The notes under the pieces: generated by a model
Databases searched by the model: none
Told to the model about the DNA's origin: nothing
The model's input: only the letters and a program-made list of their open reading frames with translations
Translations under genes and position numbers: made by a program
Assembly: GCA_036274515.1 (NCBI GenBank)
Contig: DASUFQ010000123.1
Span: forward strand, 1-59,652
Direction: 5' to 3'
Source of the DNA: Gemmatimonadales bacterium
GTDB lineage: Bacteria; Gemmatimonadota; Gemmatimonadetes; Gemmatimonadales; GWC2-71-9
Length of the DNA: 59,652 nt
Shown here: one piece after another, positions 1-8,212 of the stretch
How the letters are laid out: the number at the start of each line of letters is the position of its first letter
Position numbering within the stretch: position 1 is the stretch's first letter

Positions 1-485
1 GAGGATTCGGCGGCATTCCCCAGCGCGGTGATCGACCGCCGCTGCCACTGGCCGCGCTCCGCCGTCAGCCAGTCCTCGAACGCCGAGGTGTCCGGGACGG
101 CCAGGCCTTCGAGGAGGAGGCCCCTGACCAGTGCGGCCGCCGCCTCCCATTCGCCCGCGTGCTCGTGCGCGGCAAAGACGGTGGTGTCGAGCTCGACCGC
201 GTCGGCCCTGAGCCGGACGGTGGTGGCGTCGGTGTCGAGTGCCTGGTCCCCCGCCGAGCGCCGGATGATCCGCAGGGCCTCGTTCAACGAATGTCGGGCC
301 GCCGGCTCCGGTTTCTCTCCCCAGAGGAGGGCGGTCAGGTGCTCTCGGCTCCTCCCCTGCCGCGGGGAGAGGGCCAGGTAGGTCAGCAAGGCCAGGTTCT
401 TCCTCCAGAGCAGTTCGGGTGGCGGACCCTCACGGTCCACGGAGACCTCGACCGGGCCGAGCAGGCGGAGGGCAATCACCGGCAC
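1..485 (-). CDS. SARP/AfsR-DnrI-type transcriptional regulator (OmpR-like winged helix plus start of BTAD domain), partial; 3' end lies beyond the window
   Basis: My own translation of the minus strand from GTG 485..483 (alternative GTG 479..477, forming a GTGA overlap with the kinase stop 478..476): VPVIALRLLGPVEVSVDREGPPPELLWRKNLALLTYLALSPRQGRSREHLTALLWGEKPEPAARHSLNEALRIIRRSAGDQALDTDATTVRLRADAVELDTTVFAAHEHAGEWEAAAALVRGLLLEGL... The frame is open to position 1. It is absent from the ORF track because there is no stop in the window. Confidence 0.7.
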   Translation of the reverse strand, partial: MPVIALRLLGPVEVSVDREGPPPELLWRKNLALLTYLALSPRQGRSREHLTALLWGEKPEPAARHSLNEALRIIRRSAGDQALDTDATTVRLRADAVELDTTVFAAHEHAGEWEAAAALVRGLLLEGLAVPDTSAFEDWLTAERGQWQRRSITALGNAAES

Positions 486-3316
486 CCGCCCTTCCGCACT
501 GCCTCCAATTCGGCGCGCGCAGCGTCGAGGGAGCGGTCCGCGTCGCGCCAGAGACGGCGAACCCGGGTGAGCAGGCGGCAAGCCTCCGCCGAATCGCCGA
601 GCGACAGCAGGAGCCGGGCACGGGCTACGCGTGCGGCTGCACTTGCGACGGCATCAACCTCCATCTTCTGCGCCTCGAGCACGGGGAAGCGATAGGTGTC
701 CGAGTTCTCGTACCACAGGATCTCTTGCTCCGCCTCCTCCGTCCGTCCGAGCGTCTCGAACCACCGCGCCCGCGAGAGGTGGAGGAGACTTCGGTAGAAG
801 ACGTCGTGTCCCGGCGCCGGCGAGTCCCAGGCCGGAAGCGGCGCCGACACGGCCAGCGCACCGCCCGGGTCGCCCCCGCCCAGCCGGATCGCAGCCGCCA
901 GCACGCCCAGGCGCCCGGCCTCGTCACTCGCCGCCGCAAGCTCGCGCAGACCTGCGATCCAGCCATCGGCGATGGCGCTGTCGCCCCGCGCCGTCGCGTC
1001 GAGCGCCAGCGACCAGCGCGCCCGGGCGGCGAACCGCGGATCGGATGCGCGAGCCTCCATCCAGCGGCGGGCGCTCATCATCTCCTGCTCGTCTGCCCGG
1101 CCCGCACCGAGAAGCGGCAGCAGCAGCCGCCACTGGTGGCGCTGGATTTCGGTCTCGTCGGTCTGGAACAGGTACGCCGCGGAATCCGCGAGGGCGAGGC
1201 CGTCCGACACCCGGCCCCAGGTGAACCGCGCGAGCGCCTGGGCCTCCAGGCCGCTGGCCCGGTCGCGTCCTGTCAATCGCCAGGCGATCAGGCGCCCCAC
1301 GCCGTCCTGGCCTTCCGGCAGGTCCCATGCGGCGCTGAAGCGGAAATAGCGGGCGAGTTGCTTCAGGTCCTCCTCCGATCCAAATCGCTCGAGGGCCCAG
1401 AGTTTTCCCCGCGCGATCCATGGGGACCAGCGCAGATCGTAGCCGAGCTGGAGGAATGCCGTGACGGGGGGCTCGCCGGCCGCCTCCGCCGGAAGTCTCC
1501 GCCGCCGCCTCAGCCAGGCGTCCGCCTGCTCCCGATCGCCGAGGCGAGTCTTCCCCCAAACCAGATGGTCATAGGCGGGCGCCGGGGTGCCTCCCGGATG
1601 CCCGTGGATGGCCGACTCGAACATCTCGAGGGACGCGGGGAGTCCGCGGCCGACCAGCGGGCCGCGATGGAACAGGTCGCTGGCAAAAAGAAGGGGAAGG
1701 GGGTCCACCAGGCCGTAGCGGCGCTCGAGGGAATCGAAGGCCGCGAATCGCCTGGAGAGATTGGTGTCGCTCATCGCGCGCGCGAGCCCGCTCTCGAGCG
1801 GTGGGAGCTTGTCGGCGCAACAGGCCACCAGGGCCGCGGCGTCCTCCCACGACGATTCGCGCGCCCAGAGCCGGGCCACGAGCAGCCGCCAGCGGGCCAG
1901 CGCGAACCCGGGATCGGCCGCGATGGCGGCGCGGTAGTGATCTGCCGCCAGGTGCCACGCGTCCTGGTCGAAGAGTTCCTCCCCGCGGAGAAACTGCCCG
2001 ACCGCCACGATGTTCCTGCTGGAGAGGCTGGCCCGCGCGGCGCCGCTCCGCATCCCGAGCCGGGCGCCGATCCGCAGTGCCGCGGAATCGCCGAGGAGCC
2101 CCGGGGATGGATTGCCCCCGGGCAGGCGAATCGATCCCAACAGGATGGCGCCCGTGGAATCCGTCTGTTCGAGCCGCAGCACTGTCTCCCCCGAGGTCCG
2201 CTCGATGCTGGCGAAGATCACCCGGTCCACACCGAGGGCGCGCCGTGCCGCATCGGCGTCGTCGTCGGGGTGATCGCGCCGCCATGCCGCCGCGCGGTTG
2301 AACGGGACGCGGCTGAGCCCCGGAAACCCCGACAGGTTGATCGAGGTGATTTCCGCCGTCTGCAACCCGAGCGGATCGTCCGGCGCGCCCACCACCGCGA
2401 ACGGCAGGACCGCCAGCGCCCGGCGATCCGACGGGAGGGGCGTGGAGCGCCAGGCGACCCACCCCAGCCAGCCGATGATCCCGAGGACGATGAGGATCCC
2501 CGCGCCGGCGCGAATCCGCCGGGGCCGGTGCTTGCCCCGGTCAAACGCCCGTCGCACGTCCAGCATGGCGGGCCACCGCTCGGACGGGTCAATGGCGAGC
2601 GCGCGCTGCAGCACCGGGGCCATCGCCCCCGGCACCCCCGTCCAGTCGGCGCCCGACGGGCGGTCGAGCACCTTCCAGAGCCGTCCGGTGGCGGCCTGGT
2701 AGAGGACGGCCGCGCCGGCGTACTGATCCGAGCGATCGTCCGCGGGTTCGCCGCGCAGCTGCTCCGGCGCCATGTACGCCCGGGTGCCCAGGACGGCGCC
2801 TTCGTCCGTCAGCTCCTGCGGGTGCCGGTGCACCTCCCTGGCGATGCCGAAATCGCCGAGCATGGCGCGACCACCGACGAAGAAGATGTTCTGGGGCTTG
2901 ATGTCGCGATGGACGATGCCGAGGGCGTGGGCCGCCGCGAGACCCCGGAGCAGGTCGTGGCCGAGGCGAATCAGGTCGTCCGGCGCCATGGGGCCGTCCA
3001 CCAGGCGGTCGGCGAGGGTCCGCCCGGCGATGAAGTCCATCACGTAGAAGGGGATGCCGTCGCGCTCGTCCGCGCGGTGGACCGGAACGATATTCGGGTG
3101 CTGCAGGCGGGCCAGGAGCCGGGACTCGCGGAGGAACCGTTCGCGCGCCACGGCGGTCGCCAGCTCGGGCCGCAGGACCTTGATCGCCACGTGGCGATCA
3201 AGCGCGACTTCGCGTGCGGAGAAGACGATGCCCATCCCGCCAGCGGCCAGTCGGCCGTCCACCTCGAACTCCGGCGCCAGCGCCCGCCGCAATCGTTCCA
3301 GCAGTGGGTCGTCCAC
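476..3316 (-). CDS. Membrane-spanning Ser/Thr protein kinase with large C-terminal helical-repeat (TPR-like) region
   Basis: 946-aa ORF. Hanks kinase motifs GGMGIVF, VAIKVL, HRDIKPQN, DFG and APE are present. A TM segment (GILIVLGIIGWLGWVAW) follows the kinase domain, then about 640 aa of extracytoplasmic/helical-repeat sequence. Confidence 0.9.
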   Translation of the reverse strand: MDDPLLERLRRALAPEFEVDGRLAAGGMGIVFSAREVALDRHVAIKVLRPELATAVARERFLRESRLLARLQHPNIVPVHRADERDGIPFYVMDFIAGRTLADRLVDGPMAPDDLIRLGHDLLRGLAAAHALGIVHRDIKPQNIFFVGGRAMLGDFGIAREVHRHPQELTDEGAVLGTRAYMAPEQLRGEPADDRSDQYAGAAVLYQAATGRLWKVLDRPSGADWTGVPGAMAPVLQRALAIDPSERWPAMLDVRRAFDRGKHRPRRIRAGAGILIVLGIIGWLGWVAWRSTPLPSDRRALAVLPFAVVGAPDDPLGLQTAEITSINLSGFPGLSRVPFNRAAAWRRDHPDDDADAARRALGVDRVIFASIERTSGETVLRLEQTDSTGAILLGSIRLPGGNPSPGLLGDSAALRIGARLGMRSGAARASLSSRNIVAVGQFLRGEELFDQDAWHLAADHYRAAIAADPGFALARWRLLVARLWARESSWEDAAALVACCADKLPPLESGLARAMSDTNLSRRFAAFDSLERRYGLVDPLPLLFASDLFHRGPLVGRGLPASLEMFESAIHGHPGGTPAPAYDHLVWGKTRLGDREQADAWLRRRRRLPAEAAGEPPVTAFLQLGYDLRWSPWIARGKLWALERFGSEEDLKQLARYFRFSAAWDLPEGQDGVGRLIAWRLTGRDRASGLEAQALARFTWGRVSDGLALADSAAYLFQTDETEIQRHQWRLLLPLLGAGRADEQEMMSARRWMEARASDPRFAARARWSLALDATARGDSAIADGWIAGLRELAAASDEAGRLGVLAAAIRLGGGDPGGALAVSAPLPAWDSPAPGHDVFYRSLLHLSRARWFETLGRTEEAEQEILWYENSDTYRFPVLEAQKMEVDAVASAAARVARARLLLSLGDSAEACRLLTRVRRLWRDADRSLDAARAELEAVRKGGCR

Positions 3317-3467
3317 GATGCCTCGATGCAGCCTTGGAGTGTACCGGGTCGGGGGAGGTGAAGGGCTGGGATAATGTCGAGGCGGGCCGGCTCGCCGTCA
3401 AGCGAGGGACGCGACCACGCCGCCCCCGGGGGGAAACCGGGGACGGCGTCGTGCGGGAGGGTCGAAC

Positions 3468-4049
3468 TCAGCCGCGGCGGCGGAGGAGGAGCAGCCCGGC
3501 CGGAAAGACGAGCAGGGCGCCGAGTGCCAGCGCGGGGCGCGTCGGGCCGTTGACGGGGGTATCCGCGCTGGCCAGCCGGGTCAGCATCGCGTCCACGTCG
3601 GCCTGGGTCACCTTGCGGGGCCCGGTGTGGTTGTCCCGCGTCTGGGTCGGCACCTCGATGGAACGCACCGTGCCGTCCGCGCCGATGCCCACCAGAGCCG
3701 TCGCGTCGCCATGGTCGCCCGTGCTGATCACGAGGACCCAGGTGCCGCCATCGGGCCAGTTTTTGCGCAGCGCGCGGACGGTGCTGCGCGACGTCTCGGT
3801 GAAGGCGAGGGTGATCGTCTGCCGCCGGCCGTTGACCACCCCCTCGGCGCGGCCCACGAGCGGCGACTCCATCAGCTGCTGGTGGTGAAAGGTGTGCACC
3901 AGCAGGTACGCCCCGCGGGTGGTCGCGTCCATCGGATTGGCGGGCAACTCGATCGAGATCCACGGGGGCCCGGCGTGGGCGGGAGTGGCGGCGCCGAGCG
4001 CCAGCGTAAGCGACACGGCGGCGGCTGGGAGGAGGCGGGAGGCTCGCAT
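3468..4049 (-). CDS. Hypothetical exported protein with C-terminal membrane anchor
   Basis: 193-aa ORF. N-terminal signal peptide (LLPAAAVSLTLALGAATPAHA) and a C-terminal hydrophobic stretch plus basic tail (ALALGALLVFPAGLLLLRRRG). GC3-rich codon usage. No family recognised. Confidence 0.6.
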   Translation of the reverse strand: MRASRLLPAAAVSLTLALGAATPAHAGPPWISIELPANPMDATTRGAYLLVHTFHHQQLMESPLVGRAEGVVNGRRQTITLAFTETSRSTVRALRKNWPDGGTWVLVISTGDHGDATALVGIGADGTVRSIEVPTQTRDNHTGPRKVTQADVDAMLTRLASADTPVNGPTRPALALGALLVFPAGLLLLRRRG

Positions 4050-4113
4050 GGGAAGTTCCTTCCTGTTGGAGTGGCGCGCACTGGGGACGCGCCAGCTTCG
4101 ATGCCGCCTCCGC

Positions 4114-5001
4114 TCAGTTGGTTTGAAGCTCGATCGTGATGGTGCCCTTGAAGGTCCGGGCCACGAGGTCGGCGTCCGCGGTGCCTGCCGAGAACGCGGC
4201 AGACTCTCCGCGACCGCGGTTGGCGGATCGGACCGGATTCTTGGTGAGCCGGTTGACGACGCGGCCCTCGAGGGCGCTGAGGTCCACCGCCCCGTTCACG
4301 GCGGCGGGGAGCCGGATGTTGATGTCGCCCGAGTGGCTCTCGAGCGTGTAGTTCCCGCCGGCCCGGAGCTCGGTGTCGAAGGTCAGGTTCCCGCCGACCG
4401 TTTCCATCCGTCCGCGTTCCAGTCCGCGGACCACCGCCGTCGCCGCGCCGCTCACCGTGCTCAGGGTCGCGTCCGTCGCCTGCCCCCGCAGGACGATGGC
4501 CCCGCCCGCCGACTTCAAGCGCACCAGCGCGGCGGTGACCTCCACGTCGATCCCTCCGTCCATCGACTCGGCCGATACTTGTGCCACCTCTCCCGTGATC
4601 ACGATGCGCCCGCTGACGCTGGACACGTCGACCGAGCTGGTCAGCCCGGAGACCAGGATCTCGGCGCTTTCCGTCTTGATCCAGACTCGCGCGAGCGAGG
4701 AGACCTTCACCTCCACGAGCGAGCCGGGGTAGTTCACCACCCCCACCGGCGGGTCGATGCCGAGCTTGACCCCGCCGGACCCGCCGCCGAAAACGAGGCG
4801 ACCCGCTCCCTCGGGTACGACCGCGGTCACATCGATGCTGTCGCGGTTCCAGCCTGTCACGCGGACGGTGCCGGCCAGGTTGAAGATCCGGACCGCCGCC
4901 GCGGGCGCGATCGCCCGGCCCTGATGCGAGGGAGCCTGCGCCCCCGCGCCGGGCGGCAGTGCGGCAAGGAGGACGAGACAGCTCATGGCGATTCGCATCA
5001 T
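4114..5001 (-). CDS. DUF4097-like putative adhesin / beta-helix protein, secreted
   Basis: 295-aa ORF with a signal peptide. Repeated beta-strand pattern (G.I.V...) and the terminal 'GTITIELQTN' are typical of DUF4097 proteins found downstream of anti-sigma factors. The ATG at 5001 abuts the anti-sigma stop at 5002..5004. Confidence 0.7.
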   Translation of the reverse strand: MMRIAMSCLVLLAALPPGAGAQAPSHQGRAIAPAAAVRIFNLAGTVRVTGWNRDSIDVTAVVPEGAGRLVFGGGSGGVKLGIDPPVGVVNYPGSLVEVKVSSLARVWIKTESAEILVSGLTSSVDVSSVSGRIVITGEVAQVSAESMDGGIDVEVTAALVRLKSAGGAIVLRGQATDATLSTVSGAATAVVRGLERGRMETVGGNLTFDTELRAGGNYTLESHSGDINIRLPAAVNGAVDLSALEGRVVNRLTKNPVRSANRGRGESAAFSAGTADADLVARTFKGTITIELQTN

Positions 5002-5643
5002 TCAGCTCCGTGTCAGGCGTGTGGCCCGGTCGAGCAGGTCGAGTTTTTGCCGGTGCGCCCCCCACAACAGGGCGCGCAGGTCGGCATTGGCCGGGTCGGC
5101 GCGCAACGCCTCCCGCGCCTCGGCGATGGCGGCGTCGATCAGCGCCAGGTTGCGCTCGATGATCTCGACGGTGGCCGGGGCCAGGCGATCTCGACCCTCC
5201 CGCAGCACCCGCTCGAGGTCTTCCGCGGCCAGGACATAGTCGCGGTCCGAAGCAAACCCTGCTCCGGCGGTCGGGGCCGGCGTCGGCGCGGCCGCGATGA
5301 CAGGGGGACGGCGGCTGAGCTGGCGCGTCACGACCGCGGTGACCGCAATGAGCAGCACCGCCGCGGCGGCAAGGGGAAGCCATCGCCGCCAGGTGATCCG
5401 GCCCGCCACCGCCGGGGCCTCGCGCGCCGGAAGCCGGGCGGCGATTTCGGGCCAGAGGTTCCGCGGCGGGTCGATGCTCCGGGGCAGCCGGCGCGCACCC
5501 TCGAGCACCGTGCGCAGCCGTTCCTCCGCTGCGCGGCAGTTCCCGCACCCGGCGAGGTGGGACTCCAGATCGCCACGGACCGCAGCGTCGAGGCGATCGT
5601 CCAGATAGTCGTCGAGCAACTGGTCGAGTTGCGCGCAGGTCAT
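5002..5643 (-). CDS. Anti-sigma factor (zf-HC2 type) with one TM helix
   Basis: Trimmed from track ORF 5002..6000 to the internal ATG 5643..5641 (MTCAQLDQLLDDYLDD...). H-x3-C-x2-C motif (HLAGCGNCR). TM helix WLPLAAAAVLLIAVTAVV. ATGA overlap with the sigma gene stop (5640..5643). Confidence 0.8.
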   Translation of the reverse strand: MTCAQLDQLLDDYLDDRLDAAVRGDLESHLAGCGNCRAAEERLRTVLEGARRLPRSIDPPRNLWPEIAARLPAREAPAVAGRITWRRWLPLAAAAVLLIAVTAVVTRQLSRRPPVIAAAPTPAPTAGAGFASDRDYVLAAEDLERVLREGRDRLAPATVEIIERNLALIDAAIAEAREALRADPANADLRALLWGAHRQKLDLLDRATRLTRS

Positions 5644-6155
5644 GGTGACAACACCTCCCGGAGGAGACGCCGGGCCCGGAAGAGCTGGGCCTTCGAGGTG
5701 CCCTCGGCAATGCCGGTCATCCTGGCGATTTCCGCATGCTGATACCCCTCCACGTCGTACAGGAGAAAGACGGTGCGGGCGCCTTCCGGGAGCCCGGCAA
5801 TCGCCTGCTCCATGTCGAGGCGCGTTCCCGGATCGGGGGCGCGCCCCGGGGCGGGGAGGGCGTCGGTGTCGGCCGTCAGCGCAACGCGCGCCTCCCGCCG
5901 GCCGCGGCTTCGGCCCTCCGCGTGCACCACGTTGACCGCGATCCGGAACAGCCAGGTGCCGAAGGCGCTCTCCCCGCGGAAGCCGGGGAGCTTTTCCCAC
6001 GCGCGGACGAAGGTGTCCTGCACGAGCTCCTCGGCGCGGGCCGGATCTCCCGACAGCCGGAGACAGAGGGCATAGATCCGGCCCACGTGCCCCTCGTAGA
6101 GGACGCGGAAGGCGTCGGGATCGCCGTCACGGGCGCGCTGGATCGGGTCGGTCAC
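5640..6155 (-). CDS. ECF (sigma-70 family) RNA polymerase sigma factor
   Basis: Region 2 (DAFRVLYEGHVGRIYALCLRL...EELVQDTFVRAWEKL) and region 4 (EGYQHAEIARMTGIAEGTSKAQLFRARRLLRE). Start set at GTG 6155..6153 (VTDPIQRARDGD...). The longest ORF, to 6293, would run into the divergent GntR gene. Confidence 0.85.
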   Translation of the reverse strand: MTDPIQRARDGDPDAFRVLYEGHVGRIYALCLRLSGDPARAEELVQDTFVRAWEKLPGFRGESAFGTWLFRIAVNVVHAEGRSRGRREARVALTADTDALPAPGRAPDPGTRLDMEQAIAGLPEGARTVFLLYDVEGYQHAEIARMTGIAEGTSKAQLFRARRLLREVLSP

Positions 6156-6260
6156 TGGTGGCTCAGATGCCGCTCGATGGCCGGAGGTTTGGAGGTGGTG
6201 GGAAGGTGGCCCGGGAAGGGGGTCATGTCGACCGGTCTTGACAGTCGGCGGGCAAAGGCA

Positions 6261-6286
6261 TAGTGTGTTGGAACACCAACACACTA
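6261..6286. promoter_or_regulatory. Perfect inverted repeat TAGTGTGTTGG-AACA-CCAACACACTA; candidate YtrA/GntR operator
   Basis: 11-bp arms at 6261..6271 and 6276..6286 with a 4-nt spacer, ending 5 nt upstream of the GntR-family gene ATG (6292). Lies in the 136-bp divergent region shared with the ECF sigma operon. Confidence 0.6.
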
Positions 6287-6291
6287 GGGCC

Positions 6292-6672
6292 ATGTTCGAT
6301 AACCTCGATCCTGCCTCACCGACACCACTCTACGCCCAGCTTGCTGAGCGGCTTCGCGCGGCCATCGCCGCCGGGGACCTCGCGCCGGGCGAATTGCTTC
6401 CGTCGGTCCGGCAGCTGGCCGGGAGGCTCCGGCTCAATCCCGGGACGGTGGTCCAGGCCTACCGGGACCTCGAACGGTCCGGGCTGGTCGAGCTCCGACA
6501 GGGATCCGGGACCTTCGTCCGCGAACTCTCCGCCCCGCGGCGGCGGGAAGAGCAGGCGGCGGTGAGTGACCGGCTGGCCGCGGAGATGCTCGCGCGCGCG
6601 GCCGGTCTGGGGCTGTCCGGACAGGACCTGCTGGCGGCACTTCGCAACGCGCTCGGAGACAAACGGCCATGA
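6292..6672 (+). CDS. GntR-family (YtrA-subfamily-like, short) transcriptional regulator
   Basis: MFDNLDPASPTPLYAQLAERLR...LPSVRQLAGRLRLNPGTVVQAYRDLERSGLVELRQGSGTFV is a classic GntR winged-helix. The effector domain is short (about 55 aa), as in YtrA. ATG 6292 chosen over TTG 6238. ATGA overlap with the next gene. Confidence 0.85.
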   Translation: MFDNLDPASPTPLYAQLAERLRAAIAAGDLAPGELLPSVRQLAGRLRLNPGTVVQAYRDLERSGLVELRQGSGTFVRELSAPRRREEQAAVSDRLAAEMLARAAGLGLSGQDLLAALRNALGDKRP

Positions 6673-7565
6673 CCCACGCCATCGACGTACGCGACCTCAC
6701 CTACCGGGTCCAGGACTTCGCCCTTCGCAACCTCAGCCTCAGGGTCCCCTCGGGGGCGGTGTACGGATTCCTCGGCCCGAATGGGGCAGGCAAGACGACC
6801 ACCATCCGCCTGTTGCTCGGGCTGCTCCGCCCGGAGGCGGGGAGCATCCAGGTCCTCGGCGGCGCGGTGCCCGCCGACATCGTGTCCATCCTCGGTCGCG
6901 TCGGGTACGTCCCCGAGCGCCCGCACCTGTACCAGAACCATACCGTGGAGGAGTCGATCCGCTTTCACGCGGCGTTCCACCCGCGGTTCGACCACGCCGC
7001 GGCCGCGGACCTCGCCGCCCGGTTCGGGCTCCCGGAGCGCCGGCTGCTCTCCCGGCTCTCCAAGGGGGAAATGGGCAAGGTCATGATCCTCCTGGCCCTG
7101 GCGCAGCGCCCGGAACTCCTGGTGCTCGACGAGCCGACCGATGGCCTCGACCCGGTGGTGCGGCGCGAGGCGCTGCACGCCATCCTCGACTACGTGACGG
7201 AGAGCAACGCCACGGTGCTGATCTCCAGTCACCTGGTGCACGAGCTCGAGCGCTTCTGCGACTGGGTCGGCGTCCTCGACCAGGGCACCATCGTGGCCCA
7301 GCTGCCGATGGACGAATTCAAGTCGGGCCTCAAGCGGCTGCGCGTGGCGGCGGGCTCGTCGCCCGACGCGGCACCCTTCTCGGTGCTGGCTCGCGGCACG
7401 GCGGGGCTTGGCGGGGAGGTCTGGACCGTCCGGGGGTGGCGGCCCGAGATGACCGCCTGGTTCGGCGGCTCGCACGCGCTCCGGGAGGTCGTGGACCTCG
7501 ACCTCGAAGAGGCGTTCGTGGAGCTGCTCCGGAGCGCCCGCCATCCAACCGTCCGGGAGGGCTGA
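6669..7565 (+). CDS. ABC transporter ATP-binding protein
   Basis: Walker A GPNGAGKTT, signature-like LSKGEMGKV, Walker B LLVLDEPT. Confidence 0.9.
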   Translation: MTHAIDVRDLTYRVQDFALRNLSLRVPSGAVYGFLGPNGAGKTTTIRLLLGLLRPEAGSIQVLGGAVPADIVSILGRVGYVPERPHLYQNHTVEESIRFHAAFHPRFDHAAAADLAARFGLPERRLLSRLSKGEMGKVMILLALAQRPELLVLDEPTDGLDPVVRREALHAILDYVTESNATVLISSHLVHELERFCDWVGVLDQGTIVAQLPMDEFKSGLKRLRVAAGSSPDAAPFSVLARGTAGLGGEVWTVRGWRPEMTAWFGGSHALREVVDLDLEEAFVELLRSARHPTVREG

Positions 7566-8212
7566 TGTTCCGCGTGATCCTGGCCAACCAATGGCGTGAG
7601 AGCCGGATTGCCATCCTCTTCCTCGCGGCCACGGCGGTCGCGATTCCGTCGTGGTCGCTCTGGGGCACTACGCCTGGCCCGTGGGAGGCGTGGCACCTCC
7701 TGAATGCGGCGCAGCAATCGAGCCTGGCGTATCCCCTCCTGGCGCTGCTCGCGGCGCTGACCCTGGCCGCGGGGGCCTGGAGGCCGGACCATCGCGCGCG
7801 CCATGTATACGCGCTCACCCTGCCGGTGCCTCGCAGCCGATACCTGCTGCTGCGATACGCCGCGGGCCTGCTCCTCCTCGCGTGCCTCGGGATGGCGCTG
7901 GCGGTCGGGGCGGGCGCGGCCACAGTCGGGCGCACGCTGCCGCGCTACCTGGAGGCCCACCCGCTCCTCCTCGCCGGGCGCTTCGTGCTTGCGGGCGTCT
8001 CGGCCTACACCCTGCTCTTTGCCGTGAGCGGGATCACGGCCCGGACGGCGCGGCTGCTGGTCGCCGGGCTCCTCCTGCTCCTGGCGGTGTCCGCAGCAGC
8101 GGACCTGCTCGGGCTGGACTGGAACCCGCTGGCCCGGTGTTTCGAGGCCCTGATGAGTCCGTACGGGCCGCTCGCGCCGTTCCGGTGGACCTGGATGCTC
8201 ATCGATGTCTAG
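7565..8212 (+). CDS. Polytopic membrane protein (putative ABC-associated permease-like component)
   Basis: Trimmed from track ORF 6566..8212 to ATG 7565, which shares one base with the ATPase stop (TGATG). 215 aa with about 6 hydrophobic helices. No recognisable permease family motif. Confidence 0.6.
   Translation: MFRVILANQWRESRIAILFLAATAVAIPSWSLWGTTPGPWEAWHLLNAAQQSSLAYPLLALLAALTLAAGAWRPDHRARHVYALTLPVPRSRYLLLRYAAGLLLLACLGMALAVGAGAATVGRTLPRYLEAHPLLLAGRFVLAGVSAYTLLFAVSGITARTARLLVAGLLLLLAVSAAADLLGLDWNPLARCFEALMSPYGPLAPFRWTWMLIDV

Noticed and set aside
419-3361. 980-aa plus-strand ORF covering the kinase locus
   Set aside because: It is the antisense shadow of the Ser/Thr kinase gene. The composition is Arg/Pro/Gly/Ala-dominated with no motifs, while the minus-strand frame has complete Hanks kinase motifs.
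3872-5742. 612-aa (-) and 616-aa (+) ORFs spanning the anti-sigma/DUF4097 region
   Set aside because: These are out-of-frame or antisense shadows typical of high-GC DNA. They overlap three well-supported genes and have Arg/Pro/Gly-rich nonsense composition.
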